This document shows positions 36,168 through 45,268 of a DNA stretch of 64,000 nt, in pieces. Positions within the stretch are counted from its first letter, which is position 1; every line of letters starts with the position of its first letter. The stretch covers positions 64,993 through 128,992 of the forward strand of contig OZ252008.1 of NCBI GenBank assembly GCA_965246995.1, read 5' to 3'. A program made the translations under genes and the position numbers. Under the pieces are notes generated by a model that saw only the letters and a list, made by a program, of their open reading frames with translations, had not been told where the DNA came from and did no database searches. Source of the stretch: Vicinamibacterales bacterium. Lineage in GTDB: Bacteria; Acidobacteriota; Vicinamibacteria; Vicinamibacterales; UBA8438.

Positions 36168-36255
36168 GACGCCCTCCTGACAGTCGAGTGTAGCCCGGGA
36201 CCGGTATAATCGACGGCAACTCGTCCACCGGCGCCTTTCGAAGCGGGGTACTCAG

Positions 36256-37257
36256 ATGCGCAAAACATGCTTCGCCGCGTTCCTCGGTTTCGCACTCGCG
36301 CTCACATTCGCAGCTTGGCCAGCTCTCGCCCAATCGGGCGGCGGCGATATGCCGATGCGAACCCCCGACGGGCATCCGGATATCTCCGGCCTCTTCACCT
36401 TCCGGACGTTGACACCGATGCAGCGTCCGTCCCAGTTCGAGGGACGAGAGACGCTCGACGCCGAGGAGGCCGCAGCGTTCGAGGCGTCCGAACGGACGCG
36501 TCAGAACCGTGATCTCTTCGACCCCGAGACGGGAGCGCCGAACGCGGGATACCAGTCGCGCGCCGCCGGGGGCGTGCTCTCGTACAACGAGTTCTGGTAC
36601 GAACGGGGCGTCGAGCTGACCTCGGACAAGCGGACGTCGCTCATCATCGATCCGCCCGACGGGCGGTACCCTCCGCGGACCGAGGCGGCCCTGCAGCGAG
36701 ACCAGGAGCGGTCCGCCTACCGTCGGGAGCACCTGTACGACTCGTACGAGAACCGGGGCCTGGGCGACCGCTGCATCATGTTCGGGAAGTCGGGCCCGCC
36801 GATCCGGCCCGGGGCGTACAACAACAACCTGATGATCTTCCAGACGGCCGACAACGTCGTGATTTTCACCGAGCAGGCGCGTCAGGCGCGGGTCATCCCG
36901 CTCGACAACACGGAGAAGCCACAGTTCGAGCAGCTCGCCGGCGTGTCGCGCGGACACTGGGAGGGGGAGACGCTGGTCATCGAGACCACGCAGTTCCGCG
37001 ATTGGGGGAACGGGCGGACCGGCCCGAACGTGCACCTGGTCGAACGGCTCACCCGGGTTGATCCCGATACCGTTGCCTACGAGTACACCGTGACCGACCC
37101 GTCGACGTACACCGCACCCTATACGGTCATGTTGCCATTCCGGCGGACCGATGGCCCGATCTTCGAATACGCCTGCCACGAAGGCAACATCGGGCTGCAC
37201 GGCATCCTGGCCGGGGCGCGGAAGCTCGAGCGTGACGGGCGCGAGTTGCGTCCCTGA
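36256..37257 (+). CDS. Secreted protein of unknown function, conserved C-terminal FEYACHEGN motif (paralogue 1)
   Basis: The signal peptide is FLGFALALTFAAWPALAQ. Conserved blocks shared with the next gene are PDGHPD(I/V)(S/G)G, TPLQRP, YN.FW..RG, RTSLIIDPPDGR.P, GDRCI, AYNNN, GHWEG(E/D)TLV(I/V)ETT, ERLTRV and GP(I/M)FEYACHEGN. Confidence 0.55.
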   Translation: MRKTCFAAFLGFALALTFAAWPALAQSGGGDMPMRTPDGHPDISGLFTFRTLTPMQRPSQFEGRETLDAEEAAAFEASERTRQNRDLFDPETGAPNAGYQSRAAGGVLSYNEFWYERGVELTSDKRTSLIIDPPDGRYPPRTEAALQRDQERSAYRREHLYDSYENRGLGDRCIMFGKSGPPIRPGAYNNNLMIFQTADNVVIFTEQARQARVIPLDNTEKPQFEQLAGVSRGHWEGETLVIETTQFRDWGNGRTGPNVHLVERLTRVDPDTVAYEYTVTDPSTYTAPYTVMLPFRRTDGPIFEYACHEGNIGLHGILAGARKLERDGRELRP

Positions 37258-37325
37258 CCCGTCGAGTTCCTGCGTCGTCGCTTGTCCGACGGATCGGCGT
37301 GTCTTCTCAAGTGAAGGAGTCCGTG

Positions 37326-38387
37326 ATGAATCGTCTTTCCTGTGTGCATGTCGGGTTGGGCGCGGTGGTCTTGGCGGCATGCGTCATCCTGGCGCCGGTC
37401 GCGGGGTGGTCCCAGACGGCGGCGGAGGAGGATTGGGTATCGCCCCGGACACCGTGGGGCGACCCTGATGTCGGCGGCGTCTGGAACAGCTCCACCGTAA
37501 CGCCGCTCCAGCGTCCGGAGGAGCAGGCCGGCAAGGAATTCCTGACCGAGGAGGAAGCGGCGGCCATCGAGCAGGGCGTCGTCGACGCCAACGCCCGCGC
37601 GAACGCGCCCAGTGTCGTTCGCACCGAACCCCTGCCGGTAGGTGGCAACGTCGGCGGCTACAACAGCTTCTGGCTGGATCGGGGGACGACGGTCGTCCCG
37701 ACGCGGCGCACGTCGCTCGTCATCGACCCGCCGAACGGGCGCCTGCCCGCGCTCACGCCGGAGGCCGAGGCGTACATCACGTCGCCGGAGCGGCAGCGGC
37801 TGAAGGCGGTGCGGGAGGGGATGGTGCCGGCCGACTCTTACGAGCAGTTCGACTATGGCGACCGCTGCATCTGGTATCGCGGCGTCCCTTCGCTGCCCAC
37901 CGCCTACAACAACAACTACCACCTCGTTCAGACCGAGGATGTCATCGCGATCGTGCAGGAGCACATCCACGACGTCCGCTTCATTCACCTCGACGGCCGC
38001 CCCGCGATCGACGATCGCATCAGTCAGTTCGGCGGTCATTCGCGCGGACACTGGGAGGGCGACACGCTGGTTGTCGAGACGACCCACTTCGGCGACCGGG
38101 CCTACCTGTTCTCGTCCGGCCCGGGACCGCAGGGCGGCACGAACTGGGATCTCAGCCCGGCCCTGCGGGTCGTGGAGCGATTCACCCGCGTGGGACCCCG
38201 GACGCTCGACTACGAGTTCACGGTGGACGATCCGAACGTCTGGACCCGCCCGTGGACCGGGTCCTCACCGTGGGCCCGCGGCGACGGACCGATGTTCGAG
38301 TACGCGTGCCACGAGGGCAACTACGGGATGCAGAACATCCTCGCCGGCTCGCGCGCCGAGGAGGCGAGGGTCAGGGATCGACGGTAA
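37326..38387 (+). CDS. Secreted protein of unknown function, FEYACHEGN motif (paralogue 2)
   Basis: ATG at 37326 gives MNRLSCVHVGLGAVVLAACVILAP.... The protein is colinear with 36256..37257 over its whole length. Its 3' end overlaps the convergent PQQ paralogue C by 17 nt. Confidence 0.55.
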   Translation: MNRLSCVHVGLGAVVLAACVILAPVAGWSQTAAEEDWVSPRTPWGDPDVGGVWNSSTVTPLQRPEEQAGKEFLTEEEAAAIEQGVVDANARANAPSVVRTEPLPVGGNVGGYNSFWLDRGTTVVPTRRTSLVIDPPNGRLPALTPEAEAYITSPERQRLKAVREGMVPADSYEQFDYGDRCIWYRGVPSLPTAYNNNYHLVQTEDVIAIVQEHIHDVRFIHLDGRPAIDDRISQFGGHSRGHWEGDTLVVETTHFGDRAYLFSSGPGPQGGTNWDLSPALRVVERFTRVGPRTLDYEFTVDDPNVWTRPWTGSSPWARGDGPMFEYACHEGNYGMQNILAGSRAEEARVRDRR

Positions 38388-40452
38388 TCTCGGCGATCGC
38401 CCAGGGGTGCTCCTCGCAGTGGTAGAGGAACGTGCCTGCCTGGTCGAACGTGACGTAGACCGACATCGCCGGCGCCAGCGTGCCGGTCGTCCAGCTCCCG
38501 TCGCGCGCCGCCACCGTATGGGCGACCTCGCCATTGTTCTGGAACCGCAGCCGGTCACCGGCCGCCACCCGCGTGCGCACCGGGTTGAATGCATGCTCGT
38601 TCAGCGCGTTGCGCCGGCCGCCGTACGACCAGGAGGGATTCTCGACCAGCGTGCCGGTCTCCACCAGGTCCGTCGCGCGCGGCGGTGGACCGATCCAGCG
38701 GACCAGATCGTCAATCTCCCCCGGGACCGCCGGTCCCCGCGCCGGAACCTCCCCGTCGAGCGCGAATGCCCAGAGCTCGCGTTCGAACGACGCCGCGATG
38801 TACTGCCGGCCGTCCACCTCGAAGGACATAGCCGGGCCGGGACGCTGCCGGGTCCGCGGCGCGCCCGCCTGGAAGCCCCAGACCTGCTCCCCGGTCCGCG
38901 CGTCGTAGGCCTCGATCAGACCGTCCGCCGCCGCCCAGAACATCAGTCCGGTCGCGGTCAGTAGCGGGCCGCTGGTCGAGAGGCGCGCGCCACGGAACTC
39001 GTTCTTCCAGACCACGCGGCCGGTCCGCCCGTCGACGGCGGCCAGGATGCCAACGGACTCGGGGAGCGTCAGCCGGAGGTAGCCGCTCGCCCGGTTGTCC
39101 GAGATCCAGGGATCCTCGAAGCGGAACGCGCGGCCGACATGCCCGCGCCCCTGGGCGTAGATGTAGCCGGTCTGCGGCGAGAACGCCATCGGCGTGACGC
39201 GCACCATCGGGATCGGCACGCTCGGCGCGACCACCGCATGTTGATCGATTCCCGGCGGCGTGTAGGCGCTGCAGTTGAGCGTGAACGGCGGCGGCACCCG
39301 ATCTCGCCAGAACGAACAGTCCGGCAGGATGCTCTCGACACCGACCGGGAACGGCTGCGTCGCCGCGGTCAGGAGGCGGTCGTCCTGCGGCACCGGCCGG
39401 TCCTCGAGCTCCACGATCGGTTCGCCCGTCTCGCGGTTGAAGAGGAAGAGATAGCCGTCGGCGCGAATCGCGGCGAGCGCCGGCACCGGCTCGCCGTCTA
39501 TCTCGGTGTCGTACAGCAGGACCGGTGTCGCGATGTCGGCGTCCCAGATGTCGTGGCGCACGACCTGGTAGTGCCAGCGGCGCTCGCCCGTCTCCATATC
39601 GAGCGCGAGAACCGATGCCGTGAACAGATTGTCGCCCGCCCGGATCTCGCCGCCGTACATCGGAACCGGATTGCCGGTCGAGAAATAGACCATGCCGAGG
39701 TCGGGATCGACCGTCCCGACCAGCCAGACGCCGCCGCCCCCCACCTGCCAGATGTCGGAATCCTGCGGCCAGGTGTCATGGCCGACCTCGCCGGGGCGGG
39801 GCACCACGAAGAAGGTCCAGAGGACTTCGCCGGTGCGCGCATCGAGGGCGTGGACCCGTCCCTGTCCCCCGCTGTCGCCGTTCGCGAGGCCGACGAACAC
39901 CTTGCCGCGCGCGTAGATCGGCGCCGTGGTGACCGTCTCGCCTTCCGCCTGCGGAACGCTGCCTACCGGGGTCGCCCAGACCAGCTCCCCCGTCTCCTGA
40001 TCGAGCGCGGCCACTTCCGCGCTCCGCAGTCCGATGAATACGTGGCCGTCGCCGAGGCCAACGCCCTGCCAGGACGGCACGCGCTGCGACGCGGGGTCCT
40101 CCGCCTGCCAGCGCCAGATCGGCTCGCCGGAGCGCGCGTCGAGGGCAAAGACGTTTGCACCCCCGGGCATATAGATGACACCGTCCTGCACGACGGGCGT
40201 CGCGCGCGACGAAACGCCGCCCGGAAACTCGGCCACCCAGGCGCCGCCCAGCCGGTCGATGGTGTCGGGGGCGATCTGGTCGAGCGTCGTATAGCGGGAA
40301 CTGGAGGTGTTCCCGCCCGCAAGCGGCCAGTCGGCAACCGGATAGCCCTGACCCGGTTCCGGCGCCTGTCCGACCAGGCCCGCCGTCAACGCGAAGACCC
40401 CCGCTACAACCACCGGAATTGCTATCCCGAATCGAAGGTGTGATCTGCTCAT
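38371..40452 (-). CDS. PQQ-type dehydrogenase fused to a C-terminal amicyanin-like cupredoxin domain (paralogue C)
   Basis: 693 aa, colinear with paralogue A (GGNTSSSRYTTLDQI, VVQDGVIYMPGGANVFALDARSGEPIWRW, HYQVVRHDIWDAD ...). The C-terminus reads RLRFQNNGEVAHTVAARDG...GTFLYHCEEHPWAIAEITVDP. Confidence 0.8.
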   Translation of the reverse strand: MSRSHLRFGIAIPVVVAGVFALTAGLVGQAPEPGQGYPVADWPLAGGNTSSSRYTTLDQIAPDTIDRLGGAWVAEFPGGVSSRATPVVQDGVIYMPGGANVFALDARSGEPIWRWQAEDPASQRVPSWQGVGLGDGHVFIGLRSAEVAALDQETGELVWATPVGSVPQAEGETVTTAPIYARGKVFVGLANGDSGGQGRVHALDARTGEVLWTFFVVPRPGEVGHDTWPQDSDIWQVGGGGVWLVGTVDPDLGMVYFSTGNPVPMYGGEIRAGDNLFTASVLALDMETGERRWHYQVVRHDIWDADIATPVLLYDTEIDGEPVPALAAIRADGYLFLFNRETGEPIVELEDRPVPQDDRLLTAATQPFPVGVESILPDCSFWRDRVPPPFTLNCSAYTPPGIDQHAVVAPSVPIPMVRVTPMAFSPQTGYIYAQGRGHVGRAFRFEDPWISDNRASGYLRLTLPESVGILAAVDGRTGRVVWKNEFRGARLSTSGPLLTATGLMFWAAADGLIEAYDARTGEQVWGFQAGAPRTRQRPGPAMSFEVDGRQYIAASFERELWAFALDGEVPARGPAVPGEIDDLVRWIGPPPRATDLVETGTLVENPSWSYGGRRNALNEHAFNPVRTRVAAGDRLRFQNNGEVAHTVAARDGSWTTGTLAPAMSVYVTFDQAGTFLYHCEEHPWAIAEITVDP

Positions 40453-40722
40453 CGCGGCGGCCTCCTGCGGGTGCGCGGCGCTCCGTTCCGGCGTCGCGAT
40501 CCGCGAGTGTAGCAGGTAGCAGGCGCGTCGTTTCCAACCGCGGGGAGAGCGGTTGCGTCGAGCGGCCGGGGCCGGATAGAATTCGCCCGGGCTGTGTGAT
40601 TTAGTGCGGCCCGAGACAGGGATGGCCCCTCAGGCATCGGTCGTGACGACCGGCGCCGTCTGGATTTCCAGCGGACCGAGGGGTCCGGACAAGCATGAAG
40701 CTGTACGAAAGGAGTCACGACG

Positions 40723-42567
40723 TTGGCTGACGTGACGACGACGGAAACCGCCTCCCCCGCGGCAGGCGGGAGCGAAGGACACGACGCCGCACACGGGCAC
40801 GGTGAGCACGAGCATCACGAGCTCGGCTTCTGGCAGACCTACGTCTTCTCGGTCGATCACAAGGTAATCGGCATCCAGTACGCCGTGACCGGCCTGCTCT
40901 TCCTGTTGTTCGGCTTCACGCTGATGGTGGTGATGCGCTGGCAGATCGCCTATCCCGGCGAGCCGATTCCCTTGATCGGCACCTGGCTGGGCGCGGAACG
41001 GGCGCCGGACGGCATCATGTTGCCGGAGTTCTACAACCAGTTGGGCGCGATGCACGGCACCATCATGGTGTTCCTCGGCGTCGTTCCCCTCGCCGTCGGC
41101 GGCTTCGGCAACTTCGTCCTGCCGCTGCAAATCGGAGCGCCCGACATGGCGTTCCCGAAGCTCAACATGGTGAGCTACTGGAGCTTCTTCGTGGGCGGCG
41201 TCGTCATGTTCGCCAGCTTCTTCGTGCCGGGCGGAGCCGCCAACTCCGGCTGGACCTCGTATGCGCCCCTGTCCGTGTTCGCCACGACCGGGCAAACGAT
41301 GTGGCTTGCGGGGATGATGTTCCTGATCACGTCGTCACTGCTCGGCTCGGTCAACTTCATCGTCACGACGATTCAGTTGCGCGCACCGGGGCTTTCGTTC
41401 ATGCGGCTGCCGTACTTCGTCTGGGCGCAGCTCGTCACCGCGTTCCTGCTGCTGCTCGCCTTTCCTCCGCTCGAGGCAGCCGGCGTACTGCAGTTGATGG
41501 ACCGGGTGGCAGGCACCAGCTTCTTCATGCCGAGCGGCCTCGTCTACGCCGACTCCCCGGTCGAGGCGAGCGGTGGCGGCAGTGTGCTGCTCTGGCAGCA
41601 CCTCTTCTGGTTCCTGGCGCACCCGGAGGTGTACGTCCTTATCCTCCCGGCCCTCGGCATCGTCACCGATATCGTGGCCAACAACACGCGCAAGCCGATC
41701 TGGGGTTACAGCGTGCTGGTCTACTCGACCGTCTTCCTGGGCTTCATGTCGTTCATCGTCTGGGCGCACCACATGTTCCTGACCGGCATGGGAACGACGA
41801 TGAGCTCATTCTTCCAGACGACCACGATGATCATCTCGATCCCGTCGGTCATCATCCTGTCGTCGCTCTTCATCTCGCTCTACGGAGGATCGATCCGGTT
41901 CACCGTGCCGATGCTCTTCGCCCTGGCTTTCCTGCCGATGTTCGGGATCGGCGGACTGACCGGGCTTCCACTCGGCCTCTCCGCACCGGACATCCACCTG
42001 CACGACACCTACTACGTCATCGGGCACTTCCACTACGTCGTGGCGCCGGGGACGCTGATGGCGCTGTTCGGGGGCGTCTACTACTGGTTCCCGAAGGCGA
42101 CGGGCCGCAAGATGAACGACCTGCTGGGCCGCATTCATTTCTGGGGTTCGTTCATCGCGATCAACGTCGTCTTCATGCCGATGTTCTACCAGGGTTTGTC
42201 CGGGATGAACCGCCGGATGTACGACGGCGGCGCGCAGTACACGATGAACGCGGACGTGCTGTGGCTGAACGAGGTGATCAGCATCGCGGCGTGGGTGCTG
42301 GGCCTCTTCCAGTTGCCGTTCATCTACAACTTCTTGAACAGCATCAAGCGCGGGGAGAAGGTAGGCGACAACCCGTGGCAGGCGACCACGCTCGAATGGC
42401 AGGCGCCGTCGCCACCGCCGCACGGGAACTTCGCCACGCCGCCGCGGGCGTACCGCGGCCCGTACGAGTACAGCGTGCCGGGCGCGGCCAGTGACTTCAT
42501 GATGCAGGGCGAGGCGGATCCCCCCAGCTCGGGGACCCCGGCGGCGGCCAAGCCGGCCGGCGCCTGA
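40723..42567 (+). CDS. ctaD: Cytochrome c oxidase subunit I (A-type haem-copper oxidase)
   Basis: TTG at 40723 lies 8 nt after AAGGAG. Motifs include DHKVIGIQY, QLGAMHGTIMVFL, WQHLFWFLAHPEVYVLILPALG (CuB His and the cross-linked Tyr, with the D-channel Glu in HPEVY), VWAHHMF and YYVIGHFHYV. Confidence 0.95.
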   Translation: MADVTTTETASPAAGGSEGHDAAHGHGEHEHHELGFWQTYVFSVDHKVIGIQYAVTGLLFLLFGFTLMVVMRWQIAYPGEPIPLIGTWLGAERAPDGIMLPEFYNQLGAMHGTIMVFLGVVPLAVGGFGNFVLPLQIGAPDMAFPKLNMVSYWSFFVGGVVMFASFFVPGGAANSGWTSYAPLSVFATTGQTMWLAGMMFLITSSLLGSVNFIVTTIQLRAPGLSFMRLPYFVWAQLVTAFLLLLAFPPLEAAGVLQLMDRVAGTSFFMPSGLVYADSPVEASGGGSVLLWQHLFWFLAHPEVYVLILPALGIVTDIVANNTRKPIWGYSVLVYSTVFLGFMSFIVWAHHMFLTGMGTTMSSFFQTTTMIISIPSVIILSSLFISLYGGSIRFTVPMLFALAFLPMFGIGGLTGLPLGLSAPDIHLHDTYYVIGHFHYVVAPGTLMALFGGVYYWFPKATGRKMNDLLGRIHFWGSFIAINVVFMPMFYQGLSGMNRRMYDGGAQYTMNADVLWLNEVISIAAWVLGLFQLPFIYNFLNSIKRGEKVGDNPWQATTLEWQAPSPPPHGNFATPPRAYRGPYEYSVPGAASDFMMQGEADPPSSGTPAAAKPAGA

Positions 42568-42618
42568 CGAGCGGACAAATCGAACGGATGAACGAAGGAC
42601 AGGGCAGAACGTCGAGAC

Positions 42619-43215
42619 ATGGATATTCCATACATCGTTGATGAACGGCCGGATACCGGGCTGACGAACGTCAAGCTGGGCATCTGGCTCTTCCTCGCGT
42701 CGGAGGTGATGCTCTTCGGCGCGCTCTTTTCTTCCTATGTGCTGCTGCGCCTGATGGCGCCGGAGGGCACGTGGCCATTCGGCGTGGACGTGCTGAACGT
42801 GCCACTCGGGACGTTCAACACCGCGGTGCTGATCGGGTCGAGCGTCACGATGGTGATGGCCTACGCGTCGCTCAAGATGGACGACCTGGGCGGTTACAAG
42901 AAGTACATGGGGACGACGATCGGCTTGTCGCTCCTCTTCATGGTGGTCAAGGCGTTCGAGTACAGCCACGAGTTCGACATCGGAAACTTCCCGTGGACGA
43001 GCACCTACCTTGCCATCTACTTCACGATGACCGGACTGCACGCGATGCACATCATCGCCGGAGTGATCGTCAACACCTACCTCCTGCTGCCCGGCTCGAA
43101 GATGTGGTACACGAACAAGGAGCAGTTCACGAACCGGATCGAAGCCGCCGGCCTCTACTGGCACTTCGTCGATCTGGTATGGATCTTCCTGTTCCCGGTG
43201 CTCTACCTGCTGTAG
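42619..43215 (+). CDS. ctaE: Cytochrome c oxidase subunit III (short, five-helix form)
   Basis: [19 protein letters not shown]..., [18 protein letters not shown] and [23 protein letters not shown] are the hallmark subunit III blocks. Confidence 0.9.
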   Translation: MDIPYIVDERPDTGLTNVKLGIWLFLASEVMLFGALFSSYVLLRLMAPEGTWPFGVDVLNVPLGTFNTAVLIGSSVTMVMAYASLKMDDLGGYKKYMGTTIGLSLLFMVVKAFEYSHEFDIGNFPWTSTYLAIYFTMTGLHAMHIIAGVIVNTYLLLPGSKMWYTNKEQFTNRIEAAGLYWHFVDLVWIFLFPVLYLL

Positions 43216-43239
43216 CTCGCGGAGGACGACAAGCGAACC

Positions 43240-43584
43240 ATGAGTGAAGACGTTCAGGCGCACATTCGGATATACATGAAGGTGGCCGGCGCGCTCGGCG
43301 TGCTGACCGCGGTGACCGTGGCAATCTCCTACATCGACTTCTGGGGCGTGCCGATCGCCGTTATCGTGGCCCTGGTCATCGCGGCGACGAAGGGCTCGCT
43401 GGTGGCCAGTTTCTTCATGCACCTCATCGGCGAGCGGAAGATGATCTACTGGTCGCTGCTCCTGACCGTCGTTTTCTTCCTGGGGCTCATTTTCCTGCCG
43501 CTGCTCGGCCATGCCGACAAGCTCGGCGAGTACTACACCGTGCCGAACGCGAACGCGCCGGCGCCGGCTGCGCCCGCCCACTGA
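43240..43584 (+). CDS. Oxidase subunit IV, prokaryotic COX4/CyoD-like
   Basis: 114 aa with three hydrophobic helices. IRIYMKVAGALGVLTAVTV...AVIVALVIAATKGSLVASFFMHL matches the pattern of bacterial subunit IV (K..LV...FMHL). Its position after subunit III also fits. Confidence 0.65.
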   Translation: MSEDVQAHIRIYMKVAGALGVLTAVTVAISYIDFWGVPIAVIVALVIAATKGSLVASFFMHLIGERKMIYWSLLLTVVFFLGLIFLPLLGHADKLGEYYTVPNANAPAPAAPAH

Positions 43585-43610
43585 GGAACGCGAAACCGAC
43601 AGAGGCCACC

Positions 43611-43820
43611 ATGTCGCTGCGATCCATTCATCTCGTCTTCATCGGGGCGTCCATACTGCTGGCGGCGCTCACTACCTGGTGGGGTACCGCGATGTTCCTG
43701 AGCGGCCGCGGCGGCAGCGGATACCTGCTGTTCGCCGGCGGGTCGCTCGCGGCGGTGATCGGGATGACGGCCTACGCGGTGCTGTTCGTTCGGAAGACGC
43801 GCGCGATCGGAATGCGGTGA
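43611..43820 (+). CDS. Small two-helix membrane protein, unknown function, inside the oxidase operon
   Basis: 69 aa: MSLRSIHLVFIGASILLAALTTWWGTAMF...LLFAGGSLAAVIGMTAYAVLFV. It has an AGAGG-type RBS and lies in the tight operon spacing between subunit IV and the next small ORF. Confidence 0.5.
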   Translation: MSLRSIHLVFIGASILLAALTTWWGTAMFLSGRGGSGYLLFAGGSLAAVIGMTAYAVLFVRKTRAIGMR

Positions 43821-43840
43821 CGGTCGCGGAGGGTTCTGCC

Positions 43841-44119
43841 ATGAAGAGAATCTCGACAGCTACGATGGCGGCGGCGCTCGTCATGCTCGCGCCCGCGGTG
43901 GCGTTGGCCTGTCCGATCTGCTTCGGCGCCGATCCCGACTCTGCGGAAGCGCAGAGCCTGAACTGGGCCGTCTTCACACTGCTCGGCGTTACCGGTGGTG
44001 TGCTGAGCGGCTTCGTCGGATTCATGTTTCACCTGTTAAAACGGTCCCGGCAGGCGCTCGGGAACGAGGACGCATTCGACGCCACGGACCATCGTGGCGA
44101 TGCGGGAGGAGTTTCGTAG
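43841..44119 (+). CDS. Small exported/anchored protein with CPICFG motif, unknown function, inside the oxidase operon
   Basis: ATG at 43841 follows GGAGGG. The sequence is MKRISTATMAAALVMLAPAVALA-CPICFGADPDSAEAQSLNWAVFTLLGVTGGVLSGFVGFMF... (leader, CxxC, one C-terminal helix). The stop TAG abuts the ATG of subunit II (TAGATG), indicating translational coupling. Confidence 0.6.
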   Translation: MKRISTATMAAALVMLAPAVALACPICFGADPDSAEAQSLNWAVFTLLGVTGGVLSGFVGFMFHLLKRSRQALGNEDAFDATDHRGDAGGVS

Positions 44120-44866
44120 ATGGGCGAGTTGCTTGGACTGCCGATTCAGGCGTCGGCTCACGCCGGCGAGATCGACGAGATGATCATCCTCATCCACTAT
44201 CTGATGGCCGTGCTGTTCATCGGATGGGGAGCGTTCTACGTCTACACGCTGTTCCGGTTCCGCGCGAGCGCGAACCCGACCGCCAACTACAAGGGCGTGA
44301 CCAGTCACACTTCCAGCTACCTGGAGTGGGCGGTGGCGGCCATCGAGGCAGTCCTGCTGGTCGGATTCGCCATCCCGGCATGGGCGCACCGCGTCAACGA
44401 CATCCCGCCGACCGGGGAAGCGACCGTCGTCAACATGATCGGGAAGCAGTTCGAGTGGATCTCGCACTACCCCGGCGCGGACGGCCGGTTCGGGCAGCGC
44501 GACCTCAGTCTGATCACCCCTACCAACGTGATCGGGCTCGATCGGAGCAGTGCGAACGCCGCCGACGATATCATGACTGTCAACCAGCTGAACATGCCGG
44601 TCGACAAGCCGATCATCGTCTACCTGTCATCGCAGGATGTCATCCACAGCTTTGGCATCACCGAGATGCGCGTGAGGCAGGATGCAATCCCCGGCATCCA
44701 GGTACCGGTCTATTGGGTGCCGACGCAGACGGGCGAGTACGAAGTGAATTGCTCGCAGCTCTGCGGTCTCGGCCACTACCGCATGCGCGGCTTTGCCGAG
44801 GTGATGAGCCAGGCCGACTACGACGCGTGGCTCGCCGAAGAAGCTTCGTTCCTCTCCGGTAACTGA
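44120..44866 (+). CDS. ctaC: Cytochrome c oxidase subunit II with complete CuA site and no cytochrome c domain
   Basis: Two N-terminal helices are followed by a cupredoxin domain: DVIHSFGITEMRVRQDAIPG...YEVNCSQLCGLGHYRMRG. This gives CuA ligands H, C, C, H, M, with Gln in the CxExC position as in ba3-type CNQYCGLGHQNM. There is no CxxCH anywhere in the 248 aa. Confidence 0.85.
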   Translation: MGELLGLPIQASAHAGEIDEMIILIHYLMAVLFIGWGAFYVYTLFRFRASANPTANYKGVTSHTSSYLEWAVAAIEAVLLVGFAIPAWAHRVNDIPPTGEATVVNMIGKQFEWISHYPGADGRFGQRDLSLITPTNVIGLDRSSANAADDIMTVNQLNMPVDKPIIVYLSSQDVIHSFGITEMRVRQDAIPGIQVPVYWVPTQTGEYEVNCSQLCGLGHYRMRGFAEVMSQADYDAWLAEEASFLSGN

Positions 44867-44889
44867 CCCGTCGAGACCGGGCGGAGCTC

Positions 44890-45264
44890 CTAGTCGCGGG
44901 ACGCGGCCAGCATCGCCTGCAGGTCCGCGACAGCCCCTTCCAGCGCGTCTGCGGCGGCAGCGATGTCCGTCGTGGCCTCGCTACGCGCGGCAGTGATCCG
45001 TTCCTGGATGGGACCGATCGGGAGTTCCGCCTGAGCCGCCGCGATCATCAGGCGGAGTGCTTCGACGCTGAGCCGTTGGAAACGGGCCCCGTCGGCTTCC
45101 TCACCCGGGCTGGGGGAGACCGCGGGCGGCTGCGGGGAGAGCTCCGTGGGTGGCGGCGCCTCCGTCTCCACGGCGCCGGCAGCGGGGTCGTCGCTCGCGC
45201 TGCATGCCGCCGCGGCGAGTGTGACGGCCAGTGCCACGGTACGGATGGCGGGGGCAGCGGTCAT
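44890..45264 (-). CDS. Small lipoprotein, unknown function
   Basis: ATG at 45264 gives MTAAPAIRTVALAVTLAAAC (lipobox), then a Pro/Glu-rich linker and an Ala-rich helical tail. It starts 4 nt after the stop of the upstream DsbA-like gene. The listed 280-aa ORF is an out-of-frame extension. Confidence 0.5.
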   Translation of the reverse strand: MTAAPAIRTVALAVTLAAAACSASDDPAAGAVETEAPPPTELSPQPPAVSPSPGEEADGARFQRLSVEALRLMIAAAQAELPIGPIQERITAARSEATTDIAAAADALEGAVADLQAMLAASRD

Positions 45265-45268
45265 GGAG

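Noticed and set aside
40453-40722. Possible regulator sites in the divergent intergenic region between PQQ paralogue C and ctaD: a TGTGA half-site at ~40595 and the inverted repeat caaccgc-N7-gcggttg at ~40537-40558.
   Set aside because: Only one CRP/FNR-like half-site matches, and the 7-bp inverted repeat is short for GC-rich DNA. There are no comparative data to support a binding site.
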